This document shows, in pieces, positions 30,385-38,818 of a stretch of DNA of 64,000 nt; position 1 is the first letter of the stretch; the number at the start of each line of letters is the position of its first letter. The stretch lies in the NCBI GenBank assembly GCA_028711505.1, contig JAQTSC010000001.1, positions 168,604 through 232,603 on the forward strand. Reading direction: 5' to 3'. Origin of the DNA: Minisyncoccota bacterium (GTDB lineage: Bacteria; Patescibacteriota; Minisyncoccia; JAHISW01; Tagabacteraceae). The translations under genes and the position numbers were made by a program. The notes below the pieces were generated by a model. The model made no database searches and was not told where the DNA came from. It saw only the letters and a program-made list of their open reading frames with translations.

Positions 30385-30981
30385 ATGAATCTGAAAAGAC
30401 GTTTTATTGAAGTTCAAAAATGCCCGGCAGTATCGGATGTAGATTTGCCTCTCGAAATCAAATTGAGAATTGCAAAAATCTGCCTTACATTGCGGCAACG
30501 CCGGACGAAATTCGGGCTTTTTGTTATCTTGGGATGGAAGAAAAAATGGAATAAATACGCGGTTTCTCCGGACATCTCGCAAGACATTTTTCTTCGGCAC
30601 CATACGAACATTATGACCCCGGGAATCCGTCCGGCGGCATCGCAAGACAAAAATCGGGACATCACCAAAACAATAAATTTTGACGGAGCGATACTGATAG
30701 ACGAATCCGGCGACATCTTGCACTCGGGAACCATGATTGAAAATCTGCGTCCCAAAAAAGTGGCCCAAAAAATCAATCCCCAAAAATCCAGCACCGACTT
30801 GTCCACCCAGTTCGGATTCAAGCAAAAAGTGCACATGAGGCATTTGTCCGCCATCACTTCTTCGTATATTTTCAAAGGAACAACCGTGTTTACCGTTTCC
30901 GAAGAAACAGGCCATTTCCCTATTTTTGAAAACGGAAAAATTCTGTACTCAACCATTCTGCAAGAACAGGAATTGGATTGA
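30385..30981 (+). CDS. DAC-domain diadenylate cyclase (CdaA/DisA_N-like), soluble, with a divergent RHR motif
   Basis: FDGAILIDESGDILHSGTMIE (DGA motif), HMRHLSAITSS in place of GTRHRAA, and TVFTVSEETGHFPIFENGKI. Confidence 0.55.
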   Translation: MNLKRRFIEVQKCPAVSDVDLPLEIKLRIAKICLTLRQRRTKFGLFVILGWKKKWNKYAVSPDISQDIFLRHHTNIMTPGIRPAASQDKNRDITKTINFDGAILIDESGDILHSGTMIENLRPKKVAQKINPQKSSTDLSTQFGFKQKVHMRHLSAITSSYIFKGTTVFTVSEETGHFPIFENGKILYSTILQEQELD

Positions 30982-30997
30982 TAAAAACGATGGACAG

Positions 30998-31396
30998 TTA
31001 TTCCGTGGTTATCCCGTCAAATTCCGGCCCGTCCGCCGTGGCTTCTTCTTTCGTCATCCGGACAACCCCGTCTTTGTGGTGCGCCGGGGAATAAATCGTG
31101 TAAAGTTTTAAACTCTCGGTCGCGGAAGTATTGATAATATTGTGCTGAGCGCCGGCAGGCACAATAATTACGGAGCCGTCGCCAAGCGCGCATTCGTTCC
31201 CGTCAATAACGCATTTCCCCTGCCCTTTTTCAAAACGAAAAAATTGGTCGTTTTCCTCGTGCGTCTCCATCCCGATTTCTTCGTTCGGTTTCAAACTCAT
31301 TAGCACCAACTGGCTGTGCTTCCCCGTGTAAAGCACTTTGCGAAAATTTTCATTTTCCAAAGTTTCTTTCTCTATGTTCGCGTTAAATCCTTTCAT
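30998..31396 (-). CDS. Cupin-domain protein
   Basis: G(x)5HxH-like METHEEND and IIVPAGAQHN motifs. Confidence 0.6.
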   Translation of the reverse strand: MKGFNANIEKETLENENFRKVLYTGKHSQLVLMSLKPNEEIGMETHEENDQFFRFEKGQGKCVIDGNECALGDGSVIIVPAGAQHNIINTSATESLKLYTIYSPAHHKDGVVRMTKEEATADGPEFDGITTE

Positions 31397-31433
31397 AAAA
31401 TTTTTTGTTTAATCTGATAAATTTTCGACAAAA

Positions 31434-31739
31434 TTATTTGTCTTTTCTCTTGTCGAGCTTGTCCAAACCCAATAACCTGACTCCAAAATAAACCACCAAA
31501 GCGATAACGACAAAATCAATAAACACACTAACAAGGTCTCCGTAAAGAATCTTAGCCGAACCGATATTTAACGAAGCGTTTTTTAATTCGCCGGCAGCCC
31601 CCAAAACAATGCCCAAAAGAGGATTGATAAAATCTGACACAATCGCGGAAACAAGTTTGGACACGGCGCCACCAAGAATAAAACCGACCGCCAAACCGAT
31701 AACTCCCTGTTCGCGGATAAAATTTACAAATCCTTTCAT
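31434..31739 (-). CDS. mscL: Large-conductance mechanosensitive channel
   Basis: MKGFVNFIREQGVIGLAVGFILGGA with a second TM; about 100 aa. Confidence 0.85.
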   Translation of the reverse strand: MKGFVNFIREQGVIGLAVGFILGGAVSKLVSAIVSDFINPLLGIVLGAAGELKNASLNIGSAKILYGDLVSVFIDFVVIALVVYFGVRLLGLDKLDKRKDK

Positions 31740-31778
31740 GTTTTATTTTATTATCAAATTAATTTCTAAAAAATAAAA

Positions 31779-32642
31779 TTATCTGCAGGAAGACAGCCCC
31801 TCGTCGCACCCGCACCCGTACGCGGCCCCGATGCTCACATGGTAATGATTACCTTCATTCAGACACTTCGCTTCTATATTGCACTCCCCCGCGGCTTTTT
31901 TTACTTGGTCAAAAGATAAATTTGTGCCCACATCCAAAGCGTAGCTTCCCTTTGAAGAACAATTCCTTCCTCCGTAATGACAGGAATATTGCGTGTGCTG
32001 ACAATTTTGGCTATCGTTAAAACTTTCGCCGGGACTCGTATAATTGCATGTTCCCGACACTATATTATTATCGGCTACTGAAGTTATTCTCACGCCGGAC
32101 AGCCTGCTTTCAAAACACGATTGAAATACGGCAAGCTCCGCGGAAGCGTTGGCATTGGAATTACCGGAAGAAGGCGTTTCTTCAAAAAGAGGGGCAGAAA
32201 CCTCCGGAGCGGATTTCATTTCTACCAGCTCGCAAGCGGGAAATTTTTGCCACACTTTAAACTCGCCGGTCAAAAGCACTCCTAAAATGGAATTCACGAT
32301 GGAATACGCGCTGAAAGCGATTATCAAACCAATAGCCGTGTTTTTAAATATCTCTTTCCCTTTTTCTTTTGTGCCGGGATTTCCTCCCGAAGTCATAAAA
32401 TAAAAGCCGGCAACGATAAAAGCCAAAACAGAAACCGGAAGAGTCAATTCAAAAAGAAGAAAGTTCAGGAAATTATTTACCATCGTCTCAAAATAACAAA
32501 GATTGCAAGCGCTTTCTCCCGCGCCGCCGCAAGGCACAATCCCTTTCGCAAAAGCCACAGACGGCAAAAGCAAAATCGCCGTTAAAACAGAGAAAGGCAA
32601 CAAGCCGCCTTTATTCCAGAATTGTTTAAACTGCCTGAACAT
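31779..32642 (-). CDS. Membrane/secreted Cys-rich hypothetical protein
   Basis: N-terminal hydrophobic segments, then a C-terminal half with many Cys. Confidence 0.5.
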   Translation of the reverse strand: MFRQFKQFWNKGGLLPFSVLTAILLLPSVAFAKGIVPCGGAGESACNLCYFETMVNNFLNFLLFELTLPVSVLAFIVAGFYFMTSGGNPGTKEKGKEIFKNTAIGLIIAFSAYSIVNSILGVLLTGEFKVWQKFPACELVEMKSAPEVSAPLFEETPSSGNSNANASAELAVFQSCFESRLSGVRITSVADNNIVSGTCNYTSPGESFNDSQNCQHTQYSCHYGGRNCSSKGSYALDVGTNLSFDQVKKAAGECNIEAKCLNEGNHYHVSIGAAYGCGCDEGLSSCR

Positions 32643-32687
32643 ATATGTTAGAATTATACTATAAAAGGTCGTTAAAATTAAATTATA

Positions 32688-33167
32688 TTGAACATGGTAA
32701 TAAAACTTATTTACACTGTCTTTTTGGCATTGTTAGTCGCGCTTTTTGTCGGTTTTGGCATTGACGCTTTTTATAAGGGCTCAGAAATGCCAAAGTATCC
32801 GATTGAATTGGAAACTCAAAAAGCGGGCTGCGATGAGCCGGCAGAAATGACTTCTCTCAGAAAAGATTACGACCAAAAGCAGGAACAATATTTTGAAGAA
32901 TCCAAATCGTACAACCGCAATGTTTCTATCATTGCGCTGGTTGCCGCTATCATCATTTTGGTGGCGAGTTTGACGCTTTTGTCAAAAATCAAAATGATAG
33001 CCGACGGAATACTTTTAGGCGGAGTTTTTACGACCGCTTATGGCATTATCCGCGGAATCATGAGCGCGAATTCCCAATTCCGATTTTTCATTATAGTGAT
33101 TGGTCTGTTAATCGCTTTAATCTTGGGCTATATCAAATTCATCCGGGCCAAAACGGATTCTCGGTAA
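32688..33167 (+). CDS. Membrane hypothetical protein
   Basis: 159 aa with 3-4 TM helices. Confidence 0.5.
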   Translation: MNMVIKLIYTVFLALLVALFVGFGIDAFYKGSEMPKYPIELETQKAGCDEPAEMTSLRKDYDQKQEQYFEESKSYNRNVSIIALVAAIIILVASLTLLSKIKMIADGILLGGVFTTAYGIIRGIMSANSQFRFFIIVIGLLIALILGYIKFIRAKTDSR

Positions 33168-33268
33168 AAACAATCGCGGGTGCTTGATTTCGGACAACAA
33201 AAAAAGGAGGGGCGTACTGTCTCTCCTTTTTTTGTTTAATATTCTAATAACTGAAAACTGTATAAATC

Positions 33269-33391
33269 CTATCTCCGCTTTTTCTTTGCGGCTTTATTCT
33301 CAAGCATGAGTCTTTTAACCTCAAGACGCTTCGCTGTCTTGTGAGAATGCGATTTTTTCCTTTTCCCTATTGCCGTGCTTCTTTTTGCCAT
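33269..33391 (-). CDS. Very basic 40-aa ORF (MAKRSTAIGKRKKSHSHKTAKRLEVKRLMLENKAAKKKRR); possible small ribosomal-type protein
   Basis: Not in the ORF track because it is under 60 aa. It is a clean ATG..TAG in an otherwise empty intergenic gap, with a composition like bL32/bL34-class proteins. Confidence 0.3.
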   Translation of the reverse strand: MAKRSTAIGKRKKSHSHKTAKRLEVKRLMLENKAAKKKRR

Positions 33392-33467
33392 ATGAATTTT
33401 TAATAATTGCTAAAAATCTTATTTCTATTCTGCCAAGTACCGGAATAAATAGAGGTTTGACAGACTA

Positions 33468-34028
33468 TCAATCAAATAATTTTGCAAGCCAGCCAAATAA
33501 ACTGAATTTTCCTTCCTGAGCCTTAATAAAACTTTCAATTTTGGTTTGTTCCTGTTCTAGAGACTGAACTTGATTTTGAAGCTCTGTTTTTTCTCCTTCG
33601 TTTTGAATATTCTCCATCAATCTGTTTAATTGTTCCAGCCTGTTTCTGGTTTGAACAGTTTCGCTTCTTAAAGCGCCGAGATTTTTATAATCGGAACCGA
33701 TTAAAAAAGTTTTTATCTTGCTTCTTGCCTGGACTTTTTCCATCGCCTTAATCGCCGTGCTCGCGGATTGGTTTTGCTCCGTGGCTATAATTTTTACTTG
33801 CTGCCCTATTCCTTCTTCTCCTTCCGTGCTGCTTGCCGTCTCCAAAAGAGTCTGGACAAAATCGGCTACAACACTGCGATGTTCTTCGGTATCAATCTGA
33901 GCGCGAACTTGTTTTTGTTCGCTATTTCCGTTTTGGTTTTGTTCTTCCTGCCCGTTTTTCGCGTCAGCAGCAAAAGCAAGAACAAAAACAAACACCCAAA
34001 TACCCGCTGCTAAAATTTTATTTTTCAT
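33468..34028 (-). CDS. Secreted coiled-coil hypothetical protein
   Basis: Signal-peptide-like start, Q/E-rich helical body. Confidence 0.5.
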   Translation of the reverse strand: MKNKILAAGIWVFVFVLAFAADAKNGQEEQNQNGNSEQKQVRAQIDTEEHRSVVADFVQTLLETASSTEGEEGIGQQVKIIATEQNQSASTAIKAMEKVQARSKIKTFLIGSDYKNLGALRSETVQTRNRLEQLNRLMENIQNEGEKTELQNQVQSLEQEQTKIESFIKAQEGKFSLFGWLAKLFD

Positions 34029-34148
34029 ATTTTTGAAATATTGTTAAATTCCCGACTTTTTAATTAATGCTGTCATTATATCAAAAAACCGCCCGCGCGT
34101 CAGCTGATACGCGGACAATTTTCAAATTTCTCTAATTTCGCTAAAAAA

Positions 34149-35579
34149 CTAAACTCTTTTAGCGGTTCGCAAAGGGATGTCGGCAACAGTTTTTTTGCCT
34201 AAAATTCCGGCAATTTCCAAAAGATATTTCCCGTGCCCGAAAACTTTAAGAAACCATCTCGGGTTTGTTCTCAATATGGCCTCAAAAGTGTTGAAAACCA
34301 CGCGGGGATTGGTATAAAAACGCTTTGCCGCTTCTTTGCACTTTCTCTGAACCAATTCTTCTGGCATCGGCTGAAATTTCCCTTCTTTTTGCGCGAGCCA
34401 TATGTCGGAACCGATAAGCACGGTCAGAACATAAAATCCGCAAAACGTCGGCTTTATTTTCAAAGCAAATTTTATAGTCTCTTCCATTGTTTCTTCGGTG
34501 TCTCCGGGAAGGCCAAAAATAAATTCCACGCTGTTCAAGATACCCGATTTTTTCAATTCTTTCACCAAATCGGCCAAAGCTTGGGGCTGTTCCGGACTTC
34601 TGTTTACGTTTTTCAAAATCTCTTTGGATGCGGACTGCAAACCGATTGTAATTGAAGAACACCCCGCTTTTTTCATCAAAGGCAAAATTTCTTTGCGGCT
34701 TTTTAAAAAGCTGAACGGATGCAATATACAGCGCCACTTCAAATCATAATTTCTTTCAATAAGTTTTTGGCAGAATTCTCTTGCCCAATCATCGTTAAGC
34801 CATGACCAGATATCGTCCTGAAACATAAGGTACTTAACGCCTTTTTCCTTCACGAGATAATCAATTTCTTCCAAAACGCTTTCAACGGAACGGCTTCGGT
34901 AAACGCCTCCCCATATTTTATGAGAAACGCAATAACTGCATTTAAAAGGACAGCCGCGGGAAGCCATTATTGAAGTATAAGGAGTCCTCATGTCAAAAAC
35001 GTGATAATCGTAAAAATTATTCAAATCGAATTTGTCCCATGCCGGCATCGGCAATTCATCAAGATTTTTTACAAGTTCCCTTTCCGGAGTATATTTTATT
35101 TCGCCGCGTTCTTTGTAAGCGATTCCTTTTATCTGAGGCAAATTGATTTTCCCGCGGCAATATTCAATCATTTCCACAATAGTTTTTTCTCCTTCATTAA
35201 GACAAAAAACATCCACGCCGGCGTTCAAATAACTTTCACAATCAAACATGTCGGGGCCGCCGGCAAAAATTTTTAACTTGGGAAATTTTTCCCTGGTTGC
35301 CCGCAAAAATTCAAACATATGGTCTTTCATCGCGGCGGAGCCGTAAAAACCCACGAAAAGAGGGGAAACTTCGGCAATATGAGAATTAAGCGATTCTTTG
35401 GTATAAGGAGTAATGGTAAAATCAAGTATTTCTGAATCAACGCCCTGTTGACGCAAAACCGAAACCAAATAAGCGAAACCTATTTGAGGCTCCCTCTTTA
35501 TGTCGTAATCTCTTTTGCCGGCGAGAGCGAAACTCATGTCGGGTTGTCCGACGTAAACAAAGAGGCATTTTTCCTGCAT
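34149..35579 (-). CDS. B12-binding-domain radical SAM protein
   Basis: N-terminal Rossmann-like B12-binding region, then RGCPFKCSYCVSH. Confidence 0.8.
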   Translation of the reverse strand: MQEKCLFVYVGQPDMSFALAGKRDYDIKREPQIGFAYLVSVLRQQGVDSEILDFTITPYTKESLNSHIAEVSPLFVGFYGSAAMKDHMFEFLRATREKFPKLKIFAGGPDMFDCESYLNAGVDVFCLNEGEKTIVEMIEYCRGKINLPQIKGIAYKERGEIKYTPERELVKNLDELPMPAWDKFDLNNFYDYHVFDMRTPYTSIMASRGCPFKCSYCVSHKIWGGVYRSRSVESVLEEIDYLVKEKGVKYLMFQDDIWSWLNDDWAREFCQKLIERNYDLKWRCILHPFSFLKSRKEILPLMKKAGCSSITIGLQSASKEILKNVNRSPEQPQALADLVKELKKSGILNSVEFIFGLPGDTEETMEETIKFALKIKPTFCGFYVLTVLIGSDIWLAQKEGKFQPMPEELVQRKCKEAAKRFYTNPRVVFNTFEAILRTNPRWFLKVFGHGKYLLEIAGILGKKTVADIPLRTAKRV

Positions 35580-35729
35580 AAATTTTTGGAAGAGAAGCTT
35601 GTTTTCTTTTTTTATTATTTAAACCAAATTAAATAATACAAAAAATGTTGTTTCCGGTCAAACAAAACGCGGCCAATTTGAGAAAAATGGTTTAACCGAG
35701 GCCAACGAACGACGATGAAACCTGTTTTA

Positions 35730-35772
35730 TTAATTGAAATATAAAAAAGCGGATGTTAGCTTCTTGCCTCAC
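35730..35772. terminator. Terminator hairpin
   Basis: AAGCGG...CCGCTT stem with flanking A6/T6 tracts. Confidence 0.45.
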
Positions 35773-35791
35773 CGCTTTTTTAACTAAAAGA

Positions 35792-36100
35792 TTATTTGAA
35801 CAAAGAAATTGTTTTCTCGGCCTCATCCAAGAGATTCTTAAAATCAGCCGGCCCGCTGTAGCCATTTCTAACATTAAATAAAGGTTTAAGCCCCAGCTCC
35901 TGTATCAGAAAAAACAAAGCGGCGCGGGCAGGTGTTGTCAGTTCGGAAGGTTGAGGTATACCAAATAAAAAATCTCTTCTTTGTTCCCGGGCTGCCGCTT
36001 TTTCAGGTGAACAGGTAAAGATACCATTTTTTGCTTCCAGTTCTTTAAGGTTTTTTATAACCTTTTCGCATATTGCGATATCGGGGATTTTCATAAACAA
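35792..36100 (-). CDS. Hypothetical protein
   Basis: 102 aa ORF upstream of the terminator. Confidence 0.45.
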   Translation of the reverse strand: MFMKIPDIAICEKVIKNLKELEAKNGIFTCSPEKAAAREQRRDFLFGIPQPSELTTPARAALFFLIQELGLKPLFNVRNGYSGPADFKNLLDEAEKTISLFK

Positions 36101-36416
36101 CCTCCTTTTTCAATCCAAAATTTCTTTATCAAAAAAAACCGCCAGTTTTTATCTATTTAATCTATAACAAACTATATTAATTCTGTCAACTCCCGAATTA
36201 AAACCCTCGCAAACTTTTGAAATCATTTTGCCAAATCTGATACACAAATCCAAAAAACGGACAGAATTTTTGGCGGCGGATATCCAACTTGATTTATCCA
36301 ATCACGAATATACATTCCCACGCGTTCAATATGGTGATGTCTCAAAGAAGAGGCGCCCGCGAAATAAAGCCGTAACCGCACCTGCATTAGCAGACAAAGT
36401 CATTGTATTAAAGATT

Positions 36417-36464
36417 GGCATAAAAAAGAGCCCTCGGCGTTGCGAAAAAATCGCGCCGAAGGCT
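36417..36464 (-). terminator. Rho-independent terminator of the GC-rich gene
   Basis: GAGCCTTCGGCGCG...CGCCGAGGGCTC followed on the minus strand by TTTTTTAT. Confidence 0.5.
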
Positions 36465-36503
36465 CAAGGGTTAAAAAGGGGTAAACTCTCAAAATTACAA
36501 GGT

Positions 36504-37370
36504 TCAGAGCCTCCGAGACGCACCCACGCCAACGCCGTAGCCGCGGTCGCCGTCCCAGCCGCCGACGCGGAGGCCGTCCTCGCCGAAGCCGCCGACACAC
36601 GAGACGCCGCCAACGCTGCCAGCAGCGACCTTATCGGTCTTCACAATGCGCTCCGTGCAGGCTGCCCACCGCGATGAATTAGGACGGTTACCCGTCTTGC
36701 GGAAGACGAGGATGTCCTTCGTCGTTTCGGCGATGGTCGTCGGCACTTCGTACCCTTCGGGAAGCATCGCCACCTGCTCTTCGGGCTTCTTGCTCGTGGA
36801 ATCGGGAACGATGTCCTTGAGCATGAGGTACCACCTGAGTTGCATAGTTGCCACATCGGTGTGCGGCTGGCCTACGTGCCACGGGTCGTTGTTGAAATAA
36901 AATTTCGGCTGTTCCGTTGCAGGGTGCAGTTCAAGCCACTTCGCTACCGTAAGCGGAGCACCGTTGATGCGGGAAAGACCCAGGAATGCGAAATGTGTGT
37001 CCTTCACTAGCTTACCCTTGTTGAAGGGACAGGGACTGTTGAGGACGTCTTCGCCCCACGGAAACTTCCCGGCTTCACGGAGCTGTTTCTTGGTGAACTT
37101 GGCGTCGTAGTAGCTCATCCAGTCGGCATCGTCGAAGATGTTCCGACCCAGAACCACCCGAGCCAACCGTGACCCGATGGAACCGACGAGACCCTTGCGC
37201 ATCATCGCTTGCGCGATGCGGCAGGCGTACTCGTTGTCTGTACGGAAGAGATCGAAGAGGTCGCAAGGATTGCCTCCCTGCTTGGTGATTGCCCTTTCAA
37301 GAGAAGCCACACTCTCCTCGAACCCACCCTTTGTCATTGTCCAGAGACCGCTTGTCTGTCTTGTGCTCAT
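36504..37370 (-). CDS. Hypothetical protein encoded in a GC-rich foreign-looking cassette
   Basis: Strong RBS GGAGGTG 6 nt before ATG. G+C is visibly much higher than in flanking DNA. The Gly/Val-rich C-terminal tail may be an artefact of the GC-rich repeats. Confidence 0.55.
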   Translation of the reverse strand: MSTRQTSGLWTMTKGGFEESVASLERAITKQGGNPCDLFDLFRTDNEYACRIAQAMMRKGLVGSIGSRLARVVLGRNIFDDADWMSYYDAKFTKKQLREAGKFPWGEDVLNSPCPFNKGKLVKDTHFAFLGLSRINGAPLTVAKWLELHPATEQPKFYFNNDPWHVGQPHTDVATMQLRWYLMLKDIVPDSTSKKPEEQVAMLPEGYEVPTTIAETTKDILVFRKTGNRPNSSRWAACTERIVKTDKVAAGSVGGVSCVGGFGEDGLRVGGWDGDRGYGVGVGASRRL

Positions 37371-37520
37371 AGCACACCTCCATTTTTTGATTTGTTCTCC
37401 ATATCCTTCAGAGATTTTAGAGAACGGGTTACCCTTTGCCGCAGGGTGACGGTCTCATCTCTCCTATGAGACGAGCGTTTTAGGAATCAAGATTTTGACA
37501 CCCAAAACGCCCATCTCATA
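37371..37520 (-). promoter_or_regulatory. Highly structured 5' leader (nested long inverted repeats) of the GC-rich gene
   Basis: Imperfect ~22-bp stem CTATGAGATGGGCGTTTTGGG / CCTAAAACGCTCGTCTCATAG, plus GGAGAGA...TCTCT with an inner ACCCT-GCGGCAA-AGGGT hairpin. Confidence 0.35.
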
Positions 37521-37630
37521 GACTGTCTGAATCTATTTTATTCTCATTTTCAAAGGATATCTCATCACAGCAATATATTTTAGGAAAGTCAAGCCAAAGA
37601 AAAAAGTGTCGCTATAAAAACAACAACCCG

Positions 37631-37846
37631 CTTGCGGGAGATCAAAGCGACATTTACAAAGCCGCTGGCATTGCCGCGCACGAGTTGGCTTACTTTTGTA
37701 AACAAATATACGAAGTTGCCGAATCAGATGACAGGCGCATGTTGTTCTCCCAGATTTTTACGAACCTTGTCCAAAATCGAAGTGGAATAAAAAAACACCA
37801 GCTTTCGTTGATGTTTATCCTTCTTGGCTCGCTTGGAAGGATATGA
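37631..37846 (+). pseudogene. Relic C-terminal fragment of a large serine recombinase
   Basis: Reads ...DQSDIYKAAGIAAHELAYFCKQIYEVAESDDRRMLFSQIFTNLVQNRSGI. This aligns with DEHQAAGIAVHELAFRSKEIYEVADDVDMKRLLLSQLFTNLLQNG in the intact recombinase at 50148..51725. No catalytic N-terminal domain is present. Confidence 0.55.
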
Positions 37847-38095
37847 TACGAACGCTGAAATGGGAAGAGATTTTCCCTTATCCCACAGTATCTTTACAGC
37901 AGATAAGGCAGTTGTTAGCTATCGTTCAATAAAATTGTATCACTTATAATAACAATTTAATAGTTTATTAAGCCAGGAGAAGAGGCACGATGTCTCTTCT
38001 TTTTGGTTTTAGGGTGGTGGTAGTTTCCCAGTGCCATTTTATTTTTTTGAGGGGGAAGCCCTGGGGTAATTTGTCTTTTTTGTCCGAAAACCTGT

Positions 38096-38170
38096 TGTAT
38101 GTACCAGTACGTACCATACCAGTACATACTAACGGCACATTATTTGCACATAGCCACTTCTACCACGTAC
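38096..38170. repeat. GTAC/ACGTAC-containing short direct repeats (iteron-like)
   Basis: gtaccagtacgtaccataccagtacatac ... ccacgtacac. A similar ACGTAC cluster occurs at 47083-47155. Confidence 0.3.
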
Positions 38171-38314
38171 ACACCCTGTCATCGTTTGAGACATTAACTT
38201 GTTTATGCTTGGAATAACAGATGATAGCAGGGTTATAGTGTGTTAAACAAAAAGGGTGTAACCATCTTTTTACCCGTCTCAATAGGTTAAAAATACCACT
38301 ACCTATAAGGGTAG

Positions 38315-38815
38315 CTATTTTACCTCTCTGCCCTTGGTGTGATTTTGGAACAAGATATAACCGATACTAAACACAATTAAAGAGGCGCCAAGTGGTGGGA
38401 ATAGATACAACACAAGGTTTAAGATGTTATACAAAAAAGATATTATAGCGTTCAATAGTTCGACAACCTTGGGAACAACCCAAAAGTACATAATTAGAAT
38501 CAAGAAGCCCCATATAAGCCCCTTTATACCTCGATAAAGCTGCCTGTCTCCCAAGCCTCTTACTATCAGATGGTATAAGAATTGATAAAATCTCACCCAA
38601 TATAAAAATGCGCCAAATGTTACAAATACCAAGGCGCTATACAATACTCGGTTAAAAAAACTCGGCGCCTCAATAGGGTTTATCGTAGCCCACTGAAATG
38701 TCTTACCAAGCCAGAAATGCCAGAGTAAAATTGCCAAAGCAAAAACGACAGCAAATGCCGCCGATGATGCAATTTCTTTTTTATTTTTTGCTATAACTTT
38801 TTTATACCAGCTCAT
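38315..38815 (-). CDS. 4-TM membrane protein, last gene of the hsdR-hsdMS-AAA_13 operon
   Basis: 166 aa with four hydrophobic helices. Start is 3 nt after the upstream stop. Confidence 0.55.
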   Translation of the reverse strand: MSWYKKVIAKNKKEIASSAAFAVVFALAILLWHFWLGKTFQWATINPIEAPSFFNRVLYSALVFVTFGAFLYWVRFYQFLYHLIVRGLGDRQLYRGIKGLIWGFLILIMYFWVVPKVVELLNAIISFLYNILNLVLYLFPPLGASLIVFSIGYILFQNHTKGREVK

Positions 38816-38818
38816 ATT

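Noticed and set aside
30271-30956. Two long minus-strand ORFs (214 aa and 180 aa) overlapping the DAC gene
   Set aside because: The plus-strand frame carries clear DAC-domain motifs (DGA, RHx, VSEETG). The minus-strand translations are low-complexity and Cys/Arg-rich with no recognisable features.
36228-36900. Plus- and minus-strand ORFs (149, 84, 71 and 64 aa) in the GC-rich cassette
   Set aside because: High GC suppresses stop codons. These are Arg/Ala/Pro-rich shadow frames overlapping the RBS-supported 288-aa gene or its terminator.
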